From NCBI GenBank assembly GCA_964252035.1, contig CAXUOO010000125.1: a stretch of 64,000 bases of DNA; one strand, given 5' to 3'. Every line of letters begins with the position of its first letter. The stretch's first letter is position 1. Positions 27,978 to 39,938 of this stretch are shown here, one piece after another. Under the pieces are notes generated by a model. The model had not been told where the DNA came from and searched no databases. It saw nothing but the letters and a program-made list of their open reading frames with translations. The translations under genes and the position numbers were made by a program. The DNA is from Podarcis erhardii (lineage: Eukaryota).

Positions 27978-28763
27978 AGCTTAATTCACACTTACGCAGA
28001 GTTTCAGTATAAGTGTGCAAGCATTAAGTCTGCCACTAACACTAACGAGCACGCAAATGAGCATTTTTAAAGGCTTTAGGGGACAAGAGGCAGCATACGC
28101 ACACAATTTATCGAAATTTCAGAAGCCAGCTAGCTTGAGTCCACGCACAGTTTCACCTGATATCAAATTGAATTATTTCTACAAACGGACTGAGAGAATT
28201 ATCAGTACGTCTGAAATGTTTGCCTAACTACAAAACTGTAAACACTTCTATTGTGTGTCCATACATATATTTATATGCATATTTTTCTGTGAAAGAGATG
28301 TATTTCGTGTAAATTGTATTGAGAGGCTGTTTTTTCAGTTTACGCATATAAATTTTGTCCCCCGCAGCACGTAGGAAACCTACTTATACATATATAGATA
28401 TATTTATATTCACATATATTTTTAAAGAAGGTCATGGAGCGCGGGAGAGCATTACATCGACAAAACGCTCCAGAAGTGGCGTCTCGCACCTTCTGTTTGA
28501 TTCCAATTGCTTTTGCTGTTGCATAACTGGTTTCAACTCCGGAGGATGCTCCTTGAGCTTTTTTCGCTGCACTCCCTTCAAATTGATGCAAACTCATTTA
28601 CAAGCTGAGATGCATATGCAATTGTAGATATCCACTTTTTGTGTATTCACATATACAGACATTCGTACATACGGAAAAACCAAAGCGTAGAGAGCCCCGA
28701 GAGACTGCATACGTAGTAAGTTAACACACTACACACACAGGAGTTCTTAATTCTCGCGGACAA

Positions 28764-30074
28764 CTACATGTCTATTACTAGAGGTTTTGTCTCTCGTACG
28801 CATGCTGCTGTTGCTGCGTTTACACGAGAAAGCAAGTTCTTCAACATCCAGAACTGAACCCTCCCTGGGTCCCCTCCACTGCAGCAGTTGTAGGCCTCAC
28901 TGACTGCTGCACCTGCATCTCTTGTCTCGCTCTCAAAATATGCGCCCACTACCGTGTCACCTAGTACGCTCTCCATCGCTTCTGCGTCTGTTCCTCCTTT
29001 TCCTGCCACTGCTTTTTTGACAGCTCTAGCAAGACTCTTTGTTGCTGCTGCGTCACCCGCTATATTTTTCACTTCTTCTGCTTCTGCTTTTTCTGCTGCC
29101 ACTACTTTTGTGACTGCTTTATTGGGTCTTTTTGTCGACCCTGTTGTTTCGTCTGCTGCAATCATTGCATTTGTTTGTTTCTCCACTTTACGACCGAAAG
29201 CGGCCTTACGGCCAGTAGGACACCACTCCCTCGCTTTGCAGTGCATGCACTACAACAATTGCAGTCATATCAGCACAGTACCACCAACACCAACATGAGC
29301 GAAAGCTTATAGAGAGCAATAGCTGGCGCATTGTTCTAGAGTGGAAGCAGCAGCATTGAGTAGCCTAGTGTAGCAGCCTCTTCTTTGCAACACAAGCAGC
29401 AGCATGCCATATACTTAAAAAAAAAGCTGCATGTGATATATTCGCAGCAGCACTGGAAACCTCCGTTCTCGCAGGGCAAAAACGTGAGCATGATACCGCC
29501 ATAGTTAAATGCCTCAAATATTGCGACATCAGTAGCAGCATAATCAGTGGATTTCTATCTGCAGAAGCAGCGGCATCATGTACACACTGCTGGAAAAAAT
29601 AGCAGCAGCAATCAGAGCTCATAGAATACAGCAAGCAGCAGGAGGAGATGCACCATTTACAGTGTGAATAAAACGCTGCACTAAATACACAAGCACCATT
29701 CGTACGAGCTTCCGCTTCACTAAACCGCATAGTGGCTGTGAAAAACACGTGAAATGCAGAATACTAGCATTAGCTACATTAGACTTCAAACTCGCTACAG
29801 TACATACCAAAAACAGCACCAGCACTACGTATGCAACGAGCAAGTGCCAGCACATACACACTTTTTGAAGCAGGATACGTGCAACATTCTACAATCTTCA
29901 GCTGTATATCCACAACATTGCAGAGAATACGTACTTGACATATAGTCTGAAATGATCAGCGATATAGCACTAGGTTCAGCAGAATTGCAGTTGCAGACGT
30001 TACAGCAAATGCATCACTAGCTTCGAAGAAAAAAAATTGCATATGAACAGCAGCTACCGCGCAGAGCAAAATCG

Positions 30075-30113
<39 letters not shown>

Positions 30114-31298
30114 TAGTAGTGATGCTCTGCCACACTGGTCAGCTTTTCTCCGTCGCTTTGTATGACAGCTAGATATAGTTTTCATCGATAGGATCACACA
30201 TATGAGCCAGAGAGTATTTGCAACAGAAAAGCGTAAAATCTGTAGAGTTTCGCACTGGTAGAAGTCTTGTCCACGTAGCTGCTTGTGAAAAAATTTTTCT
30301 AAAAAGTACAGATATGTACATAAAGTGTACGAATGAGTTTGCACATGTGTGTAATAGTATCTCTGCTGTTGATAAATGCGAAGGGAGGCTCACGAGTGGA
30401 TTAACTGGCTTGCAAATTTGTTGACCAAAGCCAACAAGGAGCATATTGATTTCGCCCCAGAACTTCCTGTATCTCAGCGCAAACCAGCACACAAAAGCAT
30501 CAGTTTAGAAGCAACAGCAACAACTGCAGAAACAAAGCCAAAGCCCCAGAGTGCAATCCTCAACAACAGCGACAACCATTTATCAATTTACTAGTAGCAG
30601 GAAAAACAGCAGTCAATAAAGCAGCCGCACCAACACCATTAAAAGTATCCGATCCATCAGAGCAAAAACAGCAACTGAGAAGTGGTGGGGATCTCTCAAA
30701 CGTAGAAACGTCCGTTTTATCACTAAAAGCAGCAGAAAAGGCAGGACCACAGACTTGACGATGGTGGCAGTAGCAGACGCAGACGCAGCAGAAACATCTA
30801 CGTAACAAACGTTGAAAGAAAAGATACTTGGCTGTGGAATTTGCGGCTTCTTCAGCATCGGGACAATAGCTGTTTGATCCTGAAATGAGTGAATAAGTAT
30901 TTGAAATACCCAATGATATCGTGGGGAAACTCGCTACCCAGTGCATACATATACAGTACAGGTGGTTTAAGAACAAGATCAAAGGATTTCACATTTATTT
31001 TCATCAAGACTCTTGCTGACGCCTGTTGCTTACCCTCACCAACTGAGGCAGCTAGACTTATACGAAGTTAGTTCCGTTCCTATATAAAATGACCCTGCCG
31101 CTTCAAGTGTCTAGTAGTTTATAGGAATGGAATGTATTTGCACACAAATGTGTATGTTTGTACACAATGACATTTGCCTGCTTGCATACAGTTTCGAACT
31201 ACTTAATAGTACATATTCCAATACAAAGATAAGTATGTAGACATCTGTATATGTAAATATGTACAGGCTTTCATGTGCACGCTCACCCAGTCTGGAAC

Positions 31299-31352
<54 letters not shown>

Positions 31353-31917
31353 GCTTTTCAGAACTACTGGAGTGCATGGGAGGAATAAAAGGAAGGCATT
31401 GGTAGCAGCAGAAAGTTCCGCAAACTCCTGACAAATTAAGCGCTATTTACTGTCAGCCCACGTTGTTCGTTGTTCTTCGTGAAGCTGTGAATGCCCCATC
31501 ATTTTGTGCTTTCTCTTTCTGCAGTCAGAGAGCTGCTAGTGCCGCTAGACTAAACGAACAGTAGAAGAGTTTACATATATGCTATCGAAACGCGTTACAC
31601 ATATATTTGGAGCCATTTCTTGTGCCAACTTGACACAACGAAATGATACCAGGGAAAGCTTGATGGTGCCCATACTGCAGGAGTGGCCCTAGCAAGCATA
31701 GCCATACTTCTCCTTTAGTACAAAATATTTGAGTCCATTATCTAACTAGCTCTGCTTTCCTGTTGTTTTCAAAACCTCAATCCTTACCGCGGCAGAAAGC
31801 GGCGCAGTGCAGCCTCCGTCTCTACCGGCGTCTTCGTCTTCACCCAGCCCAGCCTGCAAAAGCGCTAATAGCAATACTACCACTTAGTCCACCCATACAT
31901 CTTTGTACATCTGTAGC

Positions 31918-31963
<46 letters not shown>

Positions 31964-32908
31964 TGCAATTAAATGTGCAGGTCCTACGGTCATTATATAT
32001 ATATATATATATATATACGTTGCTGGATATGTAGATGTATGAAGGTGAATACTGTATATGTGTATAAACGTCACGGTAAATTTTTTTTATGATAATATGC
32101 ATTGTGCGTAGGTGGGAACGTGTGGAAATCTATAGATGAGAAGTAAAGATATACATATACATACAAATTCAAAGATATATATGTGATTCTGTACGTATAT
32201 GCAGCGGTGCAAAAAGTAGAGAACGTACTTTGCATTGAGCTCGCTGCAAGGATATAAAGCCCAAGTTTGTGGAAAATTAATTGAAATTACTGTTTCAAAA
32301 TTGAAAACACAAAGAAGAAACACAGTATATATAAATATATATAATGTGCATACGTTCGTATAAATATCATATAAAACGCTGTATATATACATACTTGAAG
32401 ACAGCTTCAGTGGACGAATGTTTTTCGTGCAGCAGCAAAACGACGGGTTAAATTTGGAATCTTTTTAAAACGCAAACAAGTTGTGCAAAAATCTGGACAT
32501 AAAATTCCCAAATAATATAAATACTAACACACACGTATCTGACATGCTATGTCTAAAATAAGTGCTGAATTCTTAAGCTACATACACAGACAGTAGTTAG
32601 ATAAAAAAAGAAAAAAAACTGAAAAGCGGAGTCCAACACAAGTCTCACATGCTTCTTGCAAAGCTTGTATACGTGTGTAGGACGTACATTGTATATCAAC
32701 ATACCCACGCATATGTATATATATATTTATTAAAGTATATGAAATGAATAGTTTCGACACTCTCTGTTGAAGAATACGTCTGCGTGACCTGTTTGAAGAG
32801 GAAAACGGGAAAAAGAGGTAAGCGAGTTTACAGACAGAGAAAACGCGTATCAAAGAGAGTACGTATATGCTACACAAGCTTGTTGTGTATGCATCTAAGT
32901 GTACAAAT

Positions 32909-32959
<51 letters not shown>

Positions 32960-33653
32960 AGAATCAGAGGAAGGTGAAGCGAAGAGCGCGAACCTGTTGC
33001 ATATGCGGTGGACGTGAACGTCTACGGCAATTCCTTCAATCTGCTTCCAACCCTGCAGGCGTAAAAACGTCTCACAGACTTTATCAAAGAGCGTAACAAC
33101 TAGATACTTCATACAAATAGAGTTAAATGTATATATGTGTATACGTACTTGACCCTGAGTTTACACTCAAGCGAAGCTTGAAATATTCATACATATATAC
33201 TTAGTGTAGAGTATATACAAATGCAGAAATGAATTCAAGACGCAGACATATATATTGATATATATATATATATATACATATTTACGCACATACAGAAAAG
33301 GTATCTAGGTAACGAGAAGAACATGGACGAAATATGCAATTGCACAGGCAAGCGGACTCATAATTATCTGATTATGCATTTGATTAGTTGACATGTATTT
33401 CATTAAACGTCAGAGAAGGTCTGGACGAAATATGCAATTGCACAGGCAAGCGGACTCATAATTATCTGATTATGCATTTGATTAGTTGACATGTATTTCA
33501 TTAAACGTCAGAGAAGGTCTGCTCGGAAATGCAAATGCTAGATTCTGTGCTAGTAAGAATAATACATATAATTATTTGATCCACTGTTCTACTTTCTCGA
33601 CCCTGGACAAGCAGACAAGTTCATATTTTACCATGTACGTACGTCTGTCTTTA

Positions 33654-33699
<46 letters not shown>

Positions 33700-33874
33700 A
33701 AAATTATGCACATGTATATAAGAAATCTTATTGACTGCGCTAAAATCCCAGCTCTTGAAGAATCGACGTCTTCTAGTCCGAAGTGTTATCGATATTGAAG
33801 ATTGCTTCAAACAAGCAGCTGTATTACCTCCGTACATATAAGTTTACAATCAAATCTACAATGAAAATATATAC

Positions 33875-33914
<40 letters not shown>

Positions 33915-34820
33915 TCGTACACTCATATAATTCTGATATGTGTAAATTTATGATTATATATATATATATATGTGAATGTATAACAATGGATCAACTATCT
34001 GTATGCGAGAAGAAAAAACTCTATATATATGCATACGGCAACATTAGGAAGTAGATGCATATATAGCTATGCCAGGTATGTAAACACCTGCTTAAATAAT
34101 AATATATAAGTGTATATATGGGATTCAAACATAGCTTTCTTTCAAAGGTTTGTTGAAAGGCTGATCGCCTCTTTTAACTGAATGAGAGAGTTTTTTTAAA
34201 AATGATGAAGCAGAAAGTTATGTGCTTATCTGCATATATAATATCTTAAAATGAATAAGCGAGCATACATACTCCCGTCCAAAATCCTTTTGTGACTTAC
34301 AAAATGCTTAATAATTTCGCAATCCAGCAACAGCACATGGCTTATAAATCCAAATCTTTCTTCTTACATGTATGTAGCTCTTCAACAGCCGCCACNNNNN
34401 NNNNNNNNNNNNNNNNNNNNNNNNNNNNNNNNNNNNNNNNNNNNNNNNNNNNNNNNNNNNNNNNNNNNNNNNNNNNNNNNNNNNNNNNNNNNNNNNNNNN
34501 NNNNNNNNNNNNNNNNNNNNNNNNNNNNNNNNNNCGAGTGCATGACAATGTTTGCCATTTTTGGGCCAACCCCTTTCAGCGCTACGAGTTTTTCAAAAGA
34601 AGGGGGTATATCTCCATTATAGTCAGAAAGCAGTGTATTGCATGCTTCGATGATGAAGCGACTTTTATTTTGATAAAATCCTACACCGTAGAGAATTTTC
34701 GCTAAATCAGCTGCAGCAACAGCAGCAACAACAGCTCATAGACGTGGTACCCAAAGCAAAAGCAGCATCTTCAACAAAACAGCAGCAACACCTGGCTCAC
34801 AGTACAAGCTTCCACACCTG

Positions 34821-34869
<49 letters not shown>

Positions 34870-35454
34870 AGCTACAGATATAGGTATAAACCCACATACG
34901 CATAAGCCAGCATATTACATATATATAGATTTTGGTAGATTGATAGATAGCTAGTTAGATAGATAGTTACGTAGAGAAATAGATAGATTAACAGATATTT
35001 AGATAGATACATAGATAAATAAAGAAATAGATGAATACATATATAGATATATATGTATGCAGCTGAAATTTGGGCCAGTTTGAGTGCGTGCCTTCAGCAG
35101 CAGCAACACGCAAGCTCGAACGACTTTGAAAGTTCAGCAGCAGCAGCAGCATCATTATTCAAGCCATTGGTGGCATTAGCACCAGCTCAATGAAACATAC
35201 CAATAGCAACAGCCACACTTCAGAGCGCTAAAGAACGACAGCGACTCGGTATGCGTTGTTTTCAACTCTTCTTTCTCTATTTTTGTGTATTTGTTTGTCC
35301 TTTTCTCTCTTTCATATTGATACATTTTTGTGTGGTTGTACCAGTATATATAAGTTAGACTCGAGTGCTTATTACAGCTTAGTCGTGAAAAAGGCGACGC
35401 ATGCAATTTCAAACACAGGAGTGAGTGTCTTTGGTAGTCCTATTGGATGGGTCG

Positions 35455-35491
<37 letters not shown>

Positions 35492-35762
35492 TAGTGATTG
35501 TAGAATTCTGTTAATTTGTCTTTTTGAGTATGTGCAAAGACAAAGAGATAGGACGCGTTACACAATGTGAGTAGATTCGCAACCGTCTCGTTTCCCACAA
35601 AAAGCAACTTCAAGCTATTTCCCATGTATATATATATGTATATTTGTGTATACATTCATGTACAACCTTGGCAGGAGCGTTCATATGACGACTGCAATCT
35701 CAATACCAGAAAAAGCGTATACTTATACATTCATACTTTCTTGTGTGTGTGTGTGTGTGTGT

Positions 35763-35803
<41 letters not shown>

Positions 35804-36097
35804 ATGAGACTGACACAGATAGGTGAGATTGTTAGAAGCTCGCATATAGCGAAATCAGTGCAGTGTGAGAAAAAGAAGTTTTACAATATGCACGACCATA
35901 TACGTTCGTACAGGTAGCAGATACATATTTATGTATATATACTACACGTGTATATGTGAATATTGAAGGAGACGCTGTTCTCACTCATAATAGGATGTAT
36001 CAAAACCGACTGCAAAAGGAGAACCCAGCTCAAGCCCATGGCAACATATCAATATATATATTTAGATTCAGCATGCTCGAAGAAACCTGCCGTTCGC

Positions 36098-36139
<42 letters not shown>

Positions 36140-36372
36140 GAGCGAGCTGAATTTAACATCAGGCACTGCATGTAAAGTGGCTTGTGTCTTTAAAGAAAAG
36201 GGGGGCAATGCACGCCATTGTGTAACTCGGATAAGCTGGATTAGAGTTATATGTTTCGCGTTCAGAGGTGAACATGTGCAGTTACAAACCGCAAATTCAG
36301 TAGCCCTGTATGCACGTGTGTTTCTGGTTGTGCAGTTCAGCGAGGCAATAGCGCGTGCAAAAAGGGCCGATT

Positions 36373-36422
<50 letters not shown>

Positions 36423-36605
36423 GTGTGTTCGGTTAATTCTTCATATAGAGCGTATATGCATCTATTTTTTTGTGATTCTCAACAAGTTATATTCTTCTTA
36501 GCAGTAGTTCGATTTCTGCGTCGACTCCCGAAAACTAGAAAAATCGACTATTTGTAAATATGAGATTATAGCTCTATCGCTTTCTTTCTCTCTGTATATG
36601 TAAAC

Positions 36606-36647
<42 letters not shown>

Positions 36648-37465
36648 TTATATATTAACACATAGATATTGTGTAATTATACATAGCTGTTGTTGCTTTA
36701 CCTGCAGGAATATCTCGGAGTTTGTGAGGAGAGAGAAGATCTGCTGCGCGTAGACGCTGCATGCAAGCGGCAGTTTGTTCATCGCGTGTTTGACTTGAAA
36801 GCATCACTGATATCAGCAAACAAAATCTCTGCAAACACAAGATAAAAAAGAAGGGAATGATATATGCTGTATACACAAGTGTCTTAACCCAAGCTACGCA
36901 TGTATATATATATGCATGAAACACAAACGAAAACAGTGTTTGTCATTCGCAGTATATTCACCCATATATATACAAAGGTGTACGGTACAGACCACTTACA
37001 CATATACCTGTATACCTATTTATACACTAAGTTTCAGAAACTCATATACGTATACAAAATATATGTATGTATGTATATATATATACATATATTATTCATG
37101 TACCACGACATTTACGAGCGTATTTCATGATATAGATCAAAATAAATGAAATTAAATTTTTAAATATATATATATATATATCAGATACACATTGATCATA
37201 GATATATATGTAGGTTAGATGTCTTTGTATATCAGTACTTTTGATATTCCATTTGAGTTGTACATACATACGTCGCTTTGAATAATGTGGGAACATAGTA
37301 ACATGCAAGGCTTACTCTTGACTTTTCACTATCTTCAGTTCCATCACTTGCAAAATCTGCCAACGCCTCAGCGCCCATTGAGTCAACCGGAGCGTCGCGC
37401 TGCACACACAATCTAGCATTCATTATCAAGTGGATCCATATATATACACACATAAACATCTATAC

Positions 37466-37496
<31 letters not shown>

Positions 37497-39938
37497 AGGT
37501 CACTCAATGTCTCACTGCTCAATGAATCCAGCAGAAGAAAGCCCGGTTCATCAGAAAAGCATCAACCTATACATATAATAGATAAATATATCTAAATATG
37601 CGTATATATATATATATAAATGCAGATATGCTTGTATTCAAGCATAAAATGCCTGCAGCTATATGTATTTGACCAATTATCGACTTTTAAGACATGATTT
37701 CGAGCAGCGTAGAAACGTATGTGTTTTACCGCAGAGACTTAGAGCAACAGCGTGAATTCAAGCACCTCAGCAAGCCACCACAATTCCTGTTGCAGATTGA
37801 ATAAAATATGAATGAACGCGTTAAAACCGAAGAGCGGCTTTACCCCTGAACAAATGATAGCGCTGCAGCAACACAATTACGACATGCAGCAGCACCAAGC
37901 GCTCCAAAAATTACACAAGCACTAGCAGTAGCAAATTTGGGCCCTCTTTCAGCAAAAGAGGACGCAACAGACGACTGCCCACATATGCTGCTTAAGCAGC
38001 TTTTTGGTGAAAAAAAGCAGCAGAGCTCTCTCTCTTCGTCTTCTGTATCCGAAGTCTGCACGTATATCAGCAGCTGCACCCTCCCGCACAACCAGCAACA
38101 AGTCTATTGAAGAAAATCAAGAGAAACATGTCTTGAAAAACATTCTTGTATAAGTACCCACTAACAGGAAAAGCAGAAGCAGCACCACACAGTAAGAGCC
38201 AAGCACATTATTTGCATTGCCGATTTACGAAAGGGCATAAAAAATCGAGAAAGACGCGTACCTTCTCGCGCATTGTTTCCACGGCTTGCCAGACTTGGTA
38301 GAAATGCTCAGGCAGTTTCTCGACTTCAGCAGCAGCTTCTCTCTTCCTTCCTCGTGCTGCTCCGTCTTTTCGCTTCTTCACTTCAGCAGTGGGGACTGCT
38401 TCATCCCCCTTTTCACCAGCTCTTGAAGCAGTTGTTTGACGCTTTCTGTCTACTGCTGCTCCTAGTTCGAACCCGCAGTTCGTCGGTGCATGCGACTGCC
38501 GGTGCAAAAGCACGTCAGCCTTCAACTGACTTTGTTCACCATTCTCGTTGAAGCTGCTGCTGCTAGTAGTACTACTACTAGTAAGAGTACTAGTGCTACT
38601 GTTCGCGTCATTTGCTGTCGTCGACTCCTCAACAACAGAAGCGCTGCTGTTGCTGTTGACTGAGGGCAACGGTCTGCTCCGATAGTTTTTTTTTCGAGGG
38701 CTGAGGAAAAATGAACGACTGCCTATAACATCCGCTTCGTGTGAGGACGTCTCCAAGTTGCCTTCCACAAAAATCCTGTCTTTGTTGCTGTTTCTGACGT
38801 TGGAATTTCCACTTTTGTCGTTGCTGTTGACGCTGCAGCTGGTTGTCTGGCAGCTTCCAAAGCTGCTGCTGTTTTCTTTCACACCACTGTTTACGCTTTC
38901 GCGGTTGTTTTTGCCAGGCTGTCGCTTGAGTGCATGCGCTTGCAAGGAACCTGTGTAGATTTTCTGCTGCAGCATGCGTTGCAGCTGCTGTGGTGTTTGT
39001 TCGTTTGCAGTTCCCTCCTTTTGTGCAGCACTCGGTGTGCCGACGACGCCTGCTTGCGTGCTGACTGCAAAAGGAGCTTTGTCAGCAAAATCACTGTCAA
39101 ATGCTGCAACTCTTCTCCTCGACTTCGCCACCACTATTCCTACTACTCCAGTTGCTGCAGCAGTAGTAGTAGTAGTATCTGAAGTAGCAGTAGTAGTAGT
39201 AGTGGTGGGCGCTTCCGTCAGTGTTGACGTGTTCGCAGTCTCCTCATCAGTCCCTCTCCTCTCGCTGATAGGCGCAGCAGTCGCTGACGCAACAGCAGTA
39301 GGTCCTGTTGCAGCCCTTCTCTCAGATTCTGTGCGTTTTCTTGCTGAACCACGTCCCCTCTTTTCCACCACCACTGCGCCAGTGCGATTCCCACTGTCTC
39401 TGTTTGAGTCTGCGAATAAATCAGGCGCGAGTAAGTCCTTGCCTCTGCTGCTGTGAGGACTGTCTGAAACGCCTTTTGCTGCGACTGTTGCATCTTTCAC
39501 AGTTGCTGCAACGCGTAAACTCTCCGTGGCTGCAGAACTACGAGCGGCTTTTGCGCCTGCTGTGGTGGTGGCTTTTTTTGCAGCGTCTGCTTCGCCTTTT
39601 TTGCGTGCAACCACCACAAGAGCGTCTTCTGCGTGAGCTGTGGTGGTCTCTTTGTTGTTTCCTCCTCTCTTTCTTCGTCGCAGCAACAACAAGCAGCTCT
39701 TCTCCTGTAGCTGCTGCTCTCGCTTCACTTCGCTGCTCTTCAACGTCTGTTCCCCTTCTTCGGAGTCTCCGCAGTGCTCTGTGTGTGCTGCACACTTGCG
39801 CAGCTGCTGCGCAACTTCCTGTGCGCTTTTTCGTGGCCTTTCTTGTTGAAACAGACTCCGTTTTTCGAGCTTGACTTCCTCTCTCGACTGCTGCGACTGC
39901 TTCTTCTCCTTCTTTTTTTTTTTCTGCTGCTGCTGCAT
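28764..39938 (-). CDS. NTH1: Endonuclease III homologue (HhH-GPD DNA glycosylase/AP lyase, 4Fe-4S), about 915 aa
   Basis: Exons on the minus strand: 39938-38262 (low-complexity N-terminus ending PEHFYQVWQAVETMREK), 37399-37316 (RDAPVDSMG), 36828-36702 (VMLSSQTRDE), 34710-34535 (GVGFYQNKS...GDIP...LKGVGPKMA; donor falls in an N gap), 33052-32994 (GIAVDVHVHRICNR), 31853-31788 (LGWVKTKTP), 30466-30394 (WGEINMLLVGFGQQICKPVNPL) and 29249-28764 (CMHCKAREWCP..., TAG). All phases agree and the total of 2748 nt is a multiple of 3. The catalytic Lys and Asp and the C-x6-C-x2-C-x5-C motif are intact. The start codon is the first in-frame ATG and is tentative. Confidence 0.93.
33324..33521. repeat. Exact two-copy 98-bp tandem duplication in an NTH1 intron
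   Basis: tggacgaaatatgcaattgcacagg...cagagaaggtc occurs at 33324-33421 and again at 33422-33519. Confidence 0.95.

Noticed and set aside
38465-38476. GTTCGAACCC, a tRNA T-loop-like motif
   Set aside because: It lies antisense within the NTH1 coding exon, and no D arm, acceptor stem or cloverleaf pairing is present.
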